The translations under genes were made by a program, and so were the position numbers. A stretch of 46,995 bases of DNA from Candidatus Wolframiiraptor gerlachensis (GTDB lineage: Archaea; Thermoproteota; Nitrososphaeria_A; Caldarchaeales; Wolframiiraptoraceae): contig JAJPCT020000003.1 of the NCBI GenBank assembly GCA_021323375.2, forward strand, positions 1 to 46,995. Reading direction: 5' to 3'. This document shows positions 18,364 through 28,852 of this stretch, in pieces. The first letter of the stretch is position 1; each line of letters starts with the position of its first letter. The notes under the pieces were generated by a model that saw only the letters and a program-made list of their open reading frames with translations, searched no databases and had not been told where the DNA came from.

Positions 18364-19431
18364 TTAAGCTTCTCTAATGCCGGCAAGCTCGCGGAGTGTG
18401 GCGGACAACATCTCCGCCGCCTTAATTATTTCTCGAACCGGTATCGCCTCATAGCTTGTGTGGGCGAGCCTAGAGTCTCCAGGGCCGAATGCGGCTATGC
18501 TGCTGGTTAGCTTCACGAGGATATTCATGTCGCTTGTCCCGGTCTTTTTGACGATCCTCGGCTTCAAGCCAGCCCTAATACATCCGCGGATAAGTGCTCT
18601 AACCACCGGCGCATTCAAGCTAGTCTCAACGGGCTGCGTGACATCTATTATCCGGAGTTCTACCCCATGCTTCTCCGCGAGCTCACGTAGATCCCTTAAG
18701 AGCCGTTCATGTGTATAGGTGCTTGGAAATCTCAGGTTTAGGTGTGCCCTCGCCTCTTCCGGGAGTTTGCTTGGCCAGTCGCCGGAGGATAGCATGGTGA
18801 TCGCTGAAGTGACCTGTTCATAGCCTATCCCCCTAAATCTTGACCTGAACTCGTTTAGGAAGTCAAGCATCTTATCGAGGGCTGATTCGCCGATGTATGG
18901 TGCGGAGCTATGTCCTCCTCTCGCCGATGAGCGGGCCTCCACGGTTATGCTACCCCTATACGCGATAGCTATCCCGAGGCCGGTTGGCTCGCCGACAAGT
19001 ACATGATTTGCCCTGAGCCCAGCCTTGACGAGGTGCCTAGCCCCAGCGCCGTCGAGCTCCTCCCTGACAAGGCCCGCGACCACGACCCTTAGATCCCTGA
19101 CATGCCTCATCGCCATGCTCGCGCCAAGTATGTAGGATAAGAATGGCCCCTTAGCATCCACGGCACCCCTCCCCCTGACGAGCTCGCCATCGTATGAGAC
19201 ATTAAGCCTGCCTGGAATCGTGTCGAGGTGGCCGGCCAAGATCACAGTCTCACCGCTGCCATATGATGCGAGGAAGTTCCCGACGCCATCAACTCTGCAA
19301 TCCTCGAAGCCTAGGCCGCCGCAAATATCCCTCAGGATTCCATGAAGCTTGTATTCGCTGCCCGGTGGAGTATATGCCTCGAGAAGCCTGACAAGCATCA
19401 TCGCGACCTCATCCTTATCAAGGCTCTTCAC
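18364..19431 (-). CDS. lysK: [LysW]-lysine/[LysW]-ornithine hydrolase (M20)
   Basis: GHLDT, GRGAVDAKG, REE, KKTGTSDMN, AH; located in the lysXJK cluster. Confidence 0.93.
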   Translation of the reverse strand: MKSLDKDEVAMMLVRLLEAYTPPGSEYKLHGILRDICGGLGFEDCRVDGVGNFLASYGSGETVILAGHLDTIPGRLNVSYDGELVRGRGAVDAKGPFLSYILGASMAMRHVRDLRVVVAGLVREELDGAGARHLVKAGLRANHVLVGEPTGLGIAIAYRGSITVEARSSARGGHSSAPYIGESALDKMLDFLNEFRSRFRGIGYEQVTSAITMLSSGDWPSKLPEEARAHLNLRFPSTYTHERLLRDLRELAEKHGVELRIIDVTQPVETSLNAPVVRALIRGCIRAGLKPRIVKKTGTSDMNILVKLTSSIAAFGPGDSRLAHTSYEAIPVREIIKAAEMLSATLRELAGIREA

Positions 19432-19451
19432 GTGCTTATCGCCTCCATAAA

Positions 19452-20630
19452 CTACGTGGTCTTCCTCGAGGCCAATGTTTTCAGGGACTCGTTGAGCTTC
19501 TTCCCAAGCTCCTCTATGTCTTGTCTAGTGATCATATAGGGTGGTAGGAGTCTGAGTACCGTTAATCCCGCTCTGAGGGCGAGGACGCCCCTTGACTGAA
19601 GCTCTTGAATACATGGCGTTGGACTCCACCTGAGCTCGAGGCCCCTCATTAGCCCGAGACCCCTCACGCCCCTAACGCTCTCAGGGTTCTCGGATGCAAC
19701 CCTCTCCAGCATCCTGCCCATGAGCTCGCCAGCCTCAGCCGCCTTCTCGACAACATGGTCTTCGAGCAGTGCCTTTATCCCGCCCTTAAGAGCTGCTAGG
19801 GCCAGGGGGTTTCCGCCATAAGTTGATCCATGCGCACCAGCCTCGATCTTCGCGCCAATCTCCTCCCTCGCGGCGACCATGCTCACGGGGAATCCACCGC
19901 CCATGCTCTTCCCTGCCACGAGGATGTCAGGCTCGATGCCAGCCCGCTGATATGCCCAGAGAACCCCAGTCCTGCCGAAGCCCGACTGAATCTCATCAAC
20001 GATCATAAATGCTCCAGTCCTATCACATCTCTCTCTTATCACCTTGAGAAATTCCGGCTTTGCGGCTGAGAGCCCGCCCTCGCCCTGAACAGGCTCAACG
20101 ATCACGGCCGCCACCCTATCATCCACAGCGCGCTCAACCGCCCCGACATCGTTATAAGGCAGGAACTCAACCTCCCATGGAAATGGGTCATAGTCCTTCC
20201 TGTAGCTCGGGTTCCAAGTCATGGCGAGAGCGCCCATAGTCCTGCCATGAAAAGCATTGATGAATGAGATGAACTTCTTCCTCCCCGTAATCCTCCTAGC
20301 AAGCTTGAGGGATAGCTCGACAGCTTCGCTACCGGAGTTCAACAGATAAAAATATGTGAGATGCTTTGGGAGAATCATCTCGAGAAGCTTGGTAACCTCA
20401 TCCTTAACCTCGGAGTCGAAGACCGGTGATAGGACCATTATCCTCTCGAGCTGATTCCTTATCTCCTCTACTACTATTGGATTCCTGTGCCCGAGGAAGG
20501 CAACACCATGGCTCGTGTGGCAGTCGAGATACCTCCTACCATCAACATCCCAAAGATACTGCCCTTCACCTCTCACGATCCTAAGATTCCTCGGAGCATA
20601 GAAGCCCATGAGCTTAAGCACTTCGCACAC
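19452..20630 (-). CDS. lysJ: [LysW]-aminoadipate/glutamate semialdehyde aminotransferase
   Basis: NSGSEAVE, FHGRT, EPVQGEGG, DEIQSGFGRTG, AGKSMGGG, HGSTYGGNP. Confidence 0.93.
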   Translation of the reverse strand: MCEVLKLMGFYAPRNLRIVRGEGQYLWDVDGRRYLDCHTSHGVAFLGHRNPIVVEEIRNQLERIMVLSPVFDSEVKDEVTKLLEMILPKHLTYFYLLNSGSEAVELSLKLARRITGRKKFISFINAFHGRTMGALAMTWNPSYRKDYDPFPWEVEFLPYNDVGAVERAVDDRVAAVIVEPVQGEGGLSAAKPEFLKVIRERCDRTGAFMIVDEIQSGFGRTGVLWAYQRAGIEPDILVAGKSMGGGFPVSMVAAREEIGAKIEAGAHGSTYGGNPLALAALKGGIKALLEDHVVEKAAEAGELMGRMLERVASENPESVRGVRGLGLMRGLELRWSPTPCIQELQSRGVLALRAGLTVLRLLPPYMITRQDIEELGKKLNESLKTLASRKTT

Positions 20631-20685
20631 CTCCCTTGAGGCGGCTCAACACCTGCTTATTATCTTATTACAATTTACCACAACA

Positions 20686-21528
20686 TCATCTCCTAAGTCT
20701 CTCGACAGTCTTCTCGACGATTATCCGGGATATGTCTAGGCCCGTGACGGCGGCCACGTTCTTGTATTGTGGTATCCCGTTGACCTCGAGCACCATGGAT
20801 CTCTCCCCCTCTTCCACGAGGTCTACGCCGAGGACTCCTCCGCCCATTATGTCGCCAGCTTTTCTCACGAGTTCCACCTGCTCCTCGGATAGCTCGGCCT
20901 TGACAGCGCGGCCACCGAGCGCGGTATTAGTCTTCCAGCGATCGCTCACTCTATAGATCGCGGCGGGAACATCGCCCCAGATATAGCAAGCCCTAATATC
21001 CCTACCAGGCTTATTTACGAACCTCTGTAGATAATGGACCTTGAAGTGGGGGCTCTGCATATGCTCTCTAAACTCAATGACCTCCTCGAGGCTCTCCCTA
21101 TCCAGCGCCCTCGCAATCATCCTGCCCCAGCTCCCGTATATCGGCTTGACCACGACGGGGTATCCAAGCTTCTCCGCCGCCTCAATGCATGCCTCCCTGC
21201 TAAAGGCTATCACGGTCTCCGGGACGGGCAAGCCGCCCCTCACGAGCCTAGCCGTCGTGAGAAGCTTATCCTCGCATGCATAAATCACATCGGACGAGTT
21301 GATGACCGGGATCCCCCAACTCTCCAAGACGATCGTTGAGGCTAAGGCGCGGTAAAAGCTGACACATCTCTGGAAAGCAGCATCAAGGTTGAGACCCCTC
21401 GGCCCATCAAGCCAGAAAGCCCTCCTAGTAACCTGCAGCGGCACAGCCTCGTGTCCAAGTTCTCTTATGGCCCTCACGATGTCCTTCTCCTCCCACCTAA
21501 TCACGTCATAGACTACCCCTATCCTCAA
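20686..21528 (-). CDS. lysX: Alpha-aminoadipate-LysW ligase (ATP-grasp)
   Basis: KPIYGSWGR and AIYR...WKTNTA, the LysX-type signature. Confidence 0.9.
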   Translation of the reverse strand: MRIGVVYDVIRWEEKDIVRAIRELGHEAVPLQVTRRAFWLDGPRGLNLDAAFQRCVSFYRALASTIVLESWGIPVINSSDVIYACEDKLLTTARLVRGGLPVPETVIAFSREACIEAAEKLGYPVVVKPIYGSWGRMIARALDRESLEEVIEFREHMQSPHFKVHYLQRFVNKPGRDIRACYIWGDVPAAIYRVSDRWKTNTALGGRAVKAELSEEQVELVRKAGDIMGGGVLGVDLVEEGERSMVLEVNGIPQYKNVAAVTGLDISRIIVEKTVERLRR

Positions 21529-21537
21529 CGCGGATCG

Positions 21538-21654
21538 CTCCCCTTCCCAGTCTTCCCACTCTTCGCTGAACCAACTATTATGAATAACCTCCCCCGAGAA
21601 TCGAACTTACACGTATGGAAATCGTGAAGGGCATGTGGCCTGCGGCCCCAACAC
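21538..21654 (-). pseudogene. lysW: Decayed lysW remnant
   Basis: Single frame TCPSRFPYV*VRFSGEVIH...SEEWEDWEGE echoes CP..-VEV-GE..H-EE..EDWGE of LysW; lies directly upstream of lysX. Confidence 0.55.
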
Positions 21655-21714
21655 TTAAGCTTTTAAGCTTTAATTCTCTGCTATTTCCTCAAGAGATTAG
21701 CGGGGGCCGGCTGA

Positions 21715-22074
21715 TTGTTCTCCCAAAGGTTTCTCAGGATATGGTTTGCGGGCGAGCTTGATGAAAGGGCTGTTGAGCATCTGAGGAGGAAGCTTGCCGG
21801 GGTCTTGGCCCGCCGAGAGCGAAGAATACTCCTCAGATTCTACTTGGATGAGGGCTCCCACGAATCCTACTATGATGCATTGCGAAACATTCTTTTAAGC
21901 AATGTCTCGCTAAGTATAGTGGTTGAGGAGAGGCCAGCCTCCGAGCTTGAGAGGGATCTCGAGAATCTTGAGAAGGCCTCCGGTGAGGGGATTTTGCTCG
22001 TGCTTGGTAGGGGTGCTCCTAAGCCCTCACGGAGCGTCGGCCTAGTGGTTGAGGAGGTGGGGGAAGATGCCTGA
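21715..22074 (+). CDS. Hypothetical protein
   Basis: 119-aa ORF whose end overlaps the start of the next gene, operon-style. Confidence 0.6.
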   Translation: MFSQRFLRIWFAGELDERAVEHLRRKLAGVLARRERRILLRFYLDEGSHESYYDALRNILLSNVSLSIVVEERPASELERDLENLEKASGEGILLVLGRGAPKPSRSVGLVVEEVGEDA

Positions 22075-23623
22075 GAATAAGCTCGACATTATCTTGACGA
22101 CGGATCGGAGCATGATGACGACACATCATGGAAAGGAGTTTCTGGGCTTTATGGCGACCGGGCCCGCCATCGGGATGCCTGAGAGGCTCTGGATGTGGAT
22201 AGCATGCCCCAAGATGAGGACGGACTCCGCGGGGAGGCCATGGCAGGCCCCATATGCGCTTAGGAAGCTTGAAGCCCTTCTCCAAGACAAGGGGTATAAT
22301 GCGGCGGTAATAGATCCGGATCACGTAAACAGGTATCTCGCGGACGCCAGGATACTCATGCTCAGCCATCACGACTACTTCGCATTATGCCCACCAAGCA
22401 GCGAATGGTGGGTGGTCACGAAGAAGGAGCCCGTGAATTCCAAGAGCTTCCGGAGCTTCATGGATGGCCTGAACCTCGCCGAGGCGAAGAGGCGGGGCCT
22501 CAAGATAATTGTTGGAGGGCCGGCGGCGTGGCAGTGGCTCTATAAGCCGGACCTGATCAAGAGATGGGGCATAGACACGATAGTCGATGGTGAAGGCGAG
22601 CGAGTGGTCATAGACTTGGTCGAGAAGGTATATGCAGGAGAGCCGCTGCCCAGATATGTGTTCGTCGGTCCAAGTGATGTCCCCTCAATAGAAGAGATTC
22701 CACCGATAAAGCGGCCGAGCATCAACGGGCTCGTAGAGATCATGCGCGGGTGCCCAAGGGGGTGCAAGTTTTGCTCCGTAACACTTAGGCCCCTCCGTCA
22801 CATCCCCCTCGATAGAATCGAGAAGGAGATGCTCGTGAACGTGGAGGGCGGCGTGGAGTCGGGGATACTCCACTCAGAGGATGTCCTCCTCTATGGCGCG
22901 ATGGGTCTTAAGCTGAATCCAGACGCGCTGATAAAGCTCCACCAGCTGGCGAGAAAATACTGGAAGTCCATCGCGTGGAGCCATGCAAGCCTAGCAGCAG
23001 TAAAGAACGCTGAAGAGGAATATCATCTCATATCCAAGATAATGGAGATCGTTAGGAGCGGAGGGCAGGATTATCTGGGGGTTGAGGTGGGCATCGAGAC
23101 AGGGTCCGTGAGACTCGTGAGGAAGATTATGCCCGCGAAGTCGGCCCCTTACCCGCCTGAAATGTGGCCCGAGATAGTCGAGGATGCCTTCGCGATAATG
23201 CATGAGAACAACATAGTCCCCGCGGCGACACTGATACTTGGTCTACCGGAGGAGACACCGGATGATGTGATGAAGACCGCCGAGCTTATTGATAGGCTCA
23301 GGCCATATAGATCCCTTATAGTGCCCATGTTCTTCGTCCCGATGGGCATCCTGAAGAACAAGGACTGGTTCACTGATGTCAAAGTGACGGACGAGCACAT
23401 AGAGGTGATGAGGAGATGTCTATGGCACAGCATACATTGGGCTGAGAAGATCTTAAACGAATTCTACCTCAAGAATCCAAAATACTTTCCATTAAGATGG
23501 ATGCTACAGCTGTTCCTGAAGTATGCCACATACAAGGGCAGATTGATTGAGAGAAAGCTTGGATTGACGCCGCTGGGCCGCCGTGAAAAGCATGGGCAAG
23601 AGATGCTTACAGTAGTCCAATAG
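22067..23623 (+). CDS. B12-binding-type radical SAM protein
   Basis: APYALRKLEA, IVGGP, DGEGE, MRGCPRGCKFC, GIETGS; likely ATG start at 22067. Confidence 0.9.
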   Translation: MPENKLDIILTTDRSMMTTHHGKEFLGFMATGPAIGMPERLWMWIACPKMRTDSAGRPWQAPYALRKLEALLQDKGYNAAVIDPDHVNRYLADARILMLSHHDYFALCPPSSEWWVVTKKEPVNSKSFRSFMDGLNLAEAKRRGLKIIVGGPAAWQWLYKPDLIKRWGIDTIVDGEGERVVIDLVEKVYAGEPLPRYVFVGPSDVPSIEEIPPIKRPSINGLVEIMRGCPRGCKFCSVTLRPLRHIPLDRIEKEMLVNVEGGVESGILHSEDVLLYGAMGLKLNPDALIKLHQLARKYWKSIAWSHASLAAVKNAEEEYHLISKIMEIVRSGGQDYLGVEVGIETGSVRLVRKIMPAKSAPYPPEMWPEIVEDAFAIMHENNIVPAATLILGLPEETPDDVMKTAELIDRLRPYRSLIVPMFFVPMGILKNKDWFTDVKVTDEHIEVMRRCLWHSIHWAEKILNEFYLKNPKYFPLRWMLQLFLKYATYKGRLIERKLGLTPLGRREKHGQEMLTVVQ

Positions 23624-23640
23624 CTCCTTCGATGAATGTC

Positions 23641-24582
23641 TCATATTATTGATGCGAATGTCACTGCTTGGAAGAGTAGCTGCGATGTGAAGAAGATTAT
23701 GAGCGCGGCTAGGGCCGCGGTCGCGCCGTCAAGCCGCCTGCCATATGCTATGAGGCCTGTGAGAAGAGGTATTGTCAAGATTTGCGATACTGTTGATAGC
23801 GTGCCGGTTATCATGTGGTATTGCGCGGTCTTCTCAATAGGGATTATGTTTAGGTTGAAGAGCTTATTCGCGGTTAGCACCGCGGGGTAAAGCATAAGTG
23901 GCAGCTGGGCCACCGCTAAAGCTCCCACAAACTTTAGCTCATCCCAGGCTGATTGCCATGCTACGCCCCTAATCCTCGCTGCAAGGCTCTCCTCGCCCCT
24001 CCTAAACAGCGCGCCCGAGAATATTATTGATAAAATCGTTGAGGAGATGTAGAGTAGTCCAATGTTCAGCAGATACTGGCTGGCTATTCTAAATACGTTA
24101 GGTTCAACGCTATAGAAGTGGAGTATGAGTGGTGCCTGCCTCGTGTAGATGAGGAGGGCAATGGAGAGGATCGCGCTGAGGGCTGGCAGGATCATGAAAA
24201 CCGTCTTCTGTTCGTAGAGCGGCGTGTAGAGCCATAGCGGGAAAAAGAGGCTCTTAAATATCGAGATCACCCCGCTCCGCTGATTCGGCTCCATTAGATC
24301 GGCCGCGGTGATAGTCCCCTTCTCCTTTAAGGCCTTATACACCTTCAAGCCCTCCTCGGTCAACATGTAGTTCTTGTCACTGTCCTGGGTCACGAACCTC
24401 CTAAGTTGTCTCAAGTTATAATAGAGTGATCCTGTGCTGATCTTGAGGGAGTCCCTGAGGGCGGTTGCGCTGATCTTCCCAGCATCACCTATGGCCAAGA
24501 TGATCCTTCTTCTTGTCTTGTATCTGAGAAGCCAGACAAGCTCGTCTTCACTAGGCTCTCTAAGGACTGCGACCAGCATCAA
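23641..24582 (-). CDS. ArsR-like winged-helix protein with C-terminal multi-TM domain
   Basis: TRRRIIL...STGSLYYNLRQL...YMLTEEG followed by hydrophobic helices. Confidence 0.8.
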   Translation of the reverse strand: MMLVAVLREPSEDELVWLLRYKTRRRIILAIGDAGKISATALRDSLKISTGSLYYNLRQLRRFVTQDSDKNYMLTEEGLKVYKALKEKGTITAADLMEPNQRSGVISIFKSLFFPLWLYTPLYEQKTVFMILPALSAILSIALLIYTRQAPLILHFYSVEPNVFRIASQYLLNIGLLYISSTILSIIFSGALFRRGEESLAARIRGVAWQSAWDELKFVGALAVAQLPLMLYPAVLTANKLFNLNIIPIEKTAQYHMITGTLSTVSQILTIPLLTGLIAYGRRLDGATAALAALIIFFTSQLLFQAVTFASII

Positions 24583-24841
24583 TCCTCCCTCTTTACTCCC
24601 GAGAATGGAAGATAAAAAGGATAAGGGAAGGGGAAGATAAAAGCCCTGCGTTCTGCTTCTTCAGCCGGGATGGGCACCATGTCGAGGAAAACATCTACCT
24701 CATAAACTCGTTAGACAGGATCTGTGTGGCAAGAGTAAAAGTGGAGATGCGTTATTCTAGAGACCGCAAAGAGGGGATATAAAGCCCTAACCCATTTACG
24801 TGGATAGATCAGCTTAAATAAGAATAAATCCGAGATAAGGC

Positions 24842-25438
24842 TTGGAGCTGAATCGGAATAATATGAGCTGGACTGAGGACGCGGTATCATTTCGCGCGGC
24901 GATCAGGCGTAGTGGGAGCGGTCTCATGATAACCATCCCCGTTGAACTGAGCCAGAGATTTCTCCTCAAGGAGGGGCAGGAGCTCCTGATCTACGGGCTC
25001 TCGAGAAGCGGCCCGGACCTTGAGGGCGCTCTCCAAGTATACTTGGGCTATTTCGTCGTTCATGAGAAGGCTCCAGCCCTAATAATGAGGATTGACGTTG
25101 GTGATAAGTCATTGAGGCGATTACAGGAGGTTGTTGATGAGGTTTGTAGAAAGCATTTCCCATCTAGGACGGGCTTGAGGATGCTGAGCGAGTCTCAGGT
25201 CGAGATAGAGCTCGTCTTCGGCGCCATAACGCCGACAGCGATCCGGAGATTGAGGGAGATGAGTGAGGTGGAGGCCGCGGCCTCCGAGTTCGAGTTCACC
25301 CTCTCATCCGCCGGATTCAAGGTTCTTGAGAAAAGGATTGAGGAGAAGATAGTCGAGTGGAGGGTCATAGATCCCGCGAAGCTCTCGAAGGCGCCATACA
25401 AGGTTTTAGAGGCAATTAGGTGGCGATGGGAGCTATAG
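24842..25438 (+). CDS. Hypothetical protein with AbrB/SpoVT-like N-terminus
   Basis: IRRSGSGLMITIPVEL...LKEGQEL. Confidence 0.6.
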   Translation: MELNRNNMSWTEDAVSFRAAIRRSGSGLMITIPVELSQRFLLKEGQELLIYGLSRSGPDLEGALQVYLGYFVVHEKAPALIMRIDVGDKSLRRLQEVVDEVCRKHFPSRTGLRMLSESQVEIELVFGAITPTAIRRLREMSEVEAAASEFEFTLSSAGFKVLEKRIEEKIVEWRVIDPAKLSKAPYKVLEAIRWRWEL

Positions 25439-26751
25439 GATCGGGAGATGAAGCTGGATTGAGACTCTATGCCGACCTACATCTGCATAGCAGGTATTCT
25501 GGAGGAACATCTCAGCGGATGAATGTGCCGGAGCTCGTGGCTTTTGCGAGGTTCAAGGGGTTAAATATCCTCGGCACCGGCGATGCCCTCCACCCAGCAT
25601 GGCTAAAAGAGCTTAAGAGAGATCTAGAGCCCGATCCAGGCGGCCTCTATAGGCCCAAGACCGGCCAAGACATTTACTTCATACCTCAGGTTGAGGTCGC
25701 CACGATCCATCAGTATGAGGGCAAGTCTAGGAGGATCCATCATGTGATTCTCATGCCAAGCCTCGAAGTCGCTGAGCAGCTCTCAGAGATGCTCGGGCGA
25801 TTCGGCGACGTATCATCTGATGGGAGGCCAGTCTTGAGCATGCATCCAGCGGAGCTTGTCGAGATCACCATGAGCCTCGACTCGAGGAATATCATCTTCC
25901 CAGCGCACGTGTGGACTCCATGGTGGTCAATATTCGGCGCGAGGAGCGGTGTTGACAGGATTGAGGAGTGCTATGAGGATCAGGTGAAGCATGTCCACGC
26001 GATTGAGACTGGGCTGAGTAGTGATCCGCCGATGAATTGGAGGGTTAGCTGGCTCCACCGCTACACGATCCTCAGCTTCTCCGATTCTCACAGCCCATAT
26101 CCATATAGGCTTGGGAGGGAGGCGGTTGTCTTCGAGCTGGATACGCTTACATACAGGAGCATTTACGAGGCGATCGTCGAGAAGGCTGGGAAGAATAGGG
26201 TTGAGCTCACAATCGAGGTCCCACCAGCCTACGGGAAATATCACTGGTCAGGTCATAGGAAATGCGGCATCGGCCCGCTTCCACCGGAGGAGGCTAGGAG
26301 AATGGGCTACAAGTGCCCTGTCTGCGGGAAAACCCTGACAAAAGGTGTTGATGATAGGGTTGAGGAGCTCGCCGATAGGCCACAAGGATATAGGCCCGAG
26401 AACGCCCAAGAATTCGTCTATCTGCTGCCTCTACAGGAGCTGATAGCGATTGCGATAGGGCTTGAGCCTGAGTCAGAAGCGGTCCTAAACTCTAGGAAGG
26501 TCTGGAGCATCTATGAACAGCTCGTAAACGCCTTTGGAAGCGAGTTTACAGTCCTGCTTGAAGCAAGCTTGGATGAGGTTGCGAGGATCTCGGGCGCCGA
26601 GGTCGCTAGGATAATCGCAAGAGTTAGAGAGGGCAGGATAAAGCTGATACCCGGCTACGACGGCGTCTACGGCAAAATAGTTCTGGAGGAGGAGCGGGAT
26701 GCCTGGGAGATAGGCGCTAAGCGCTTCACAAGGCTCGAGGACTATCTCTAA
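25420..26751 (+). CDS. endoQ: Endonuclease Q family protein (PHP domain plus Zn finger)
   Basis: ADLHLHSRYS, GTGD, HHVI, PAHVWTPW, ETGLSSD, SDSHS, GKYH...C...CPVCG, PGYDGVYG. Confidence 0.9.
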   Translation: MAMGAIGSGDEAGLRLYADLHLHSRYSGGTSQRMNVPELVAFARFKGLNILGTGDALHPAWLKELKRDLEPDPGGLYRPKTGQDIYFIPQVEVATIHQYEGKSRRIHHVILMPSLEVAEQLSEMLGRFGDVSSDGRPVLSMHPAELVEITMSLDSRNIIFPAHVWTPWWSIFGARSGVDRIEECYEDQVKHVHAIETGLSSDPPMNWRVSWLHRYTILSFSDSHSPYPYRLGREAVVFELDTLTYRSIYEAIVEKAGKNRVELTIEVPPAYGKYHWSGHRKCGIGPLPPEEARRMGYKCPVCGKTLTKGVDDRVEELADRPQGYRPENAQEFVYLLPLQELIAIAIGLEPESEAVLNSRKVWSIYEQLVNAFGSEFTVLLEASLDEVARISGAEVARIIARVREGRIKLIPGYDGVYGKIVLEEERDAWEIGAKRFTRLEDYL

Positions 26752-26831
26752 AGATAGGGCTCGAGGATGAAGCTTATAAGCTGCTGGCACACCTCATGAG
26801 ATCAAACTCTGGAGGGGCCGAGGTATGGTAG

Positions 26832-28451
26832 GTGGTCGACAAATCTACTTCTAGGGATCTTCCACGCGAGGTCGAGATTCTTGACGCGACTCTAAGAGAG
26901 GGTCAGCAGTGTAGAGGCGTCAACTTCACTCTAGATGCTAGGATCAGGATTGCTAGGAAGCTGGATGAACTCGGGGTCCACTTCATCGAGGCTGGATGGC
27001 CTGCCGCTAGCCCAAAGGATAGGGAGGTCTTCAGGAAGCTCTCTGAGATCGGGTTAAGGAATGCTAGAGTTGCGGCCTTCACCATGACGAGAAGGAAAGA
27101 TGTGCCAGCGGACAAGGATCCCAGCCTAAACGAGATACTCGAATGCGGCGTCGACGTCGCGGTCATCGTCGGTAAGAGCTGGAGCCTTCACGTAAGAGAG
27201 GTTCTTAAGACAACGCTGGAGGACAACCTCGATATAGTTTCCGACAGCATCCAGTATCTCAGGGATCATGGCCTAGAGGTGATATTTGATGCCGAGCACT
27301 TCTTCGACGGCTATAAGGAGGATCCCGAATATGCGTTAAGTGTTCTTAGGGCGGCTGAGGAGGCTGGCGCGAGGACACTGGTTCTAGCGGACACAAATGG
27401 TGGATGCCTCCCGCATGAAGTCGCGGAAATAGTAGCCGAAGTGAGAGAAAGGGTTAGAAGACCCATTGGTATCCACGCGCACAATGACTCGGGCAATGCG
27501 GTGGCTAACACGATCATGGCCGTCATATCAGGAGCAACACACGTCCAGACAACCGTGAACGGCATCGGGGAGAGGACGGGGAACGCGGACCTATGCCAAG
27601 TCATACCAAACCTCGAGCTAAAGCTCAGGATCAGAACGGTGAAATCGGGACTCGAGGGCCTTAAGAAGCTCACAAGCCTCTCAAACATGGTCTATGAGCT
27701 CTCAGGGCTTCCAAGAAACAGATATCAGCCATATGTCGGCGAATACGCCTTCGCGCATAAGGCTGGAATACACATAGACGCGATAATGAAGAATAGGAGG
27801 GCGTATGAGCATATAGATCCGGAGCTTGTTGGAAATAGAAGGCTTCTAACAGTCTCGGATCTCAGCGGCAAATCAGCCCTTATAGCCAGCTTAAGCGAGC
27901 TCCTCGGAATAGAGCTGGATAAGAGATCAGAAGAGCTATCAACGATCCTCGAAGAGGTTAAACAGCTTGGGCTAAGGGAGGTTAGCCTAGATGATGCCAC
28001 CGGGACGATCTCCCTAATCTTCCTAAAGTACTTCGGGAGATATGCGCCAAAGTTTGAGATCCTTGAATGGGTCTCGCTTGCGGGGGGAGGAAGGGATGGG
28101 CCGAAGGCTTATGGTCTCGTCAAGGTAAAGGTCGGCGACAAGATCATGGTTGAGGGTGGCGAGGGAGTCGGCCCAGTCCACGCAATAGACGTGGCCCTCA
28201 GAAAGGCCCTAGAGCAGGAATATCCGGAGCTTAGGAAGGTTAAATTAGTAGATTACCGGGTAATCTTGCCGGAGGCCGAGAGAGATACAGCATCCCTCGT
28301 AAGAGTCTTCATAAAATTCACGAATGGTTTCGAGACTTGGACCACCACGGCCACCTCAACGAACATCATCGAAGCCAGCTTTGACGCCCTAATACAGGGA
28401 CTAGACTATTACCTCCAGATGAAGGACCTGAAACTTGGAAAAGTTAAGTAA
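26832..28451 (+). CDS. cimA: Citramalate synthase (IPMS family)
   Basis: DATLREGQQ, DAEHFFDGY, HAHND, AFAHKAGIH, GVGPVHA regulatory domain. Confidence 0.85.
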   Translation: MVDKSTSRDLPREVEILDATLREGQQCRGVNFTLDARIRIARKLDELGVHFIEAGWPAASPKDREVFRKLSEIGLRNARVAAFTMTRRKDVPADKDPSLNEILECGVDVAVIVGKSWSLHVREVLKTTLEDNLDIVSDSIQYLRDHGLEVIFDAEHFFDGYKEDPEYALSVLRAAEEAGARTLVLADTNGGCLPHEVAEIVAEVRERVRRPIGIHAHNDSGNAVANTIMAVISGATHVQTTVNGIGERTGNADLCQVIPNLELKLRIRTVKSGLEGLKKLTSLSNMVYELSGLPRNRYQPYVGEYAFAHKAGIHIDAIMKNRRAYEHIDPELVGNRRLLTVSDLSGKSALIASLSELLGIELDKRSEELSTILEEVKQLGLREVSLDDATGTISLIFLKYFGRYAPKFEILEWVSLAGGGRDGPKAYGLVKVKVGDKIMVEGGEGVGPVHAIDVALRKALEQEYPELRKVKLVDYRVILPEAERDTASLVRVFIKFTNGFETWTTTATSTNIIEASFDALIQGLDYYLQMKDLKLGKVK

Positions 28452-28482
28452 AACCCTTATTCCATCGAGGCGCGGATAAGAC

Positions 28483-28842
28483 ATGTCTAGAGAGTCTCAT
28501 AACTATAAGATAATCCACTACACGGAGATCCCGGCATCAGAGGTGAGGGAGGCTGGTGCATCAGGTGCCAAGATACGGTGGCTGATATCCAGGGACGACG
28601 GCGCGCCGAACTTCTCCATGAGATTGTTCGAGATAGAGCCGGGTGGAAGAACACCACTGCACAGCCACCCATGGGAACACGAGATCTTCATCTTGGAGGG
28701 AACATGCAGGGCTATCATTGGGGAGAGCGAGCACTTAATCGGCCCGGGATACGCGATATACGTTCCACCAGGTATAAAGCATAGTTTCATTAATGCGGGT
28801 GAAGAATTGCTTAGGATTCTCTGCCTAATACCTCATAAATAG
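28483..28842 (+). CDS. Cupin domain protein
   Basis: PLHSHPWEHEIFILEG...PPGIKH. Confidence 0.9.
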   Translation: MSRESHNYKIIHYTEIPASEVREAGASGAKIRWLISRDDGAPNFSMRLFEIEPGGRTPLHSHPWEHEIFILEGTCRAIIGESEHLIGPGYAIYVPPGIKHSFINAGEELLRILCLIPHK

Positions 28843-28852
28843 ATGAGCCGTG

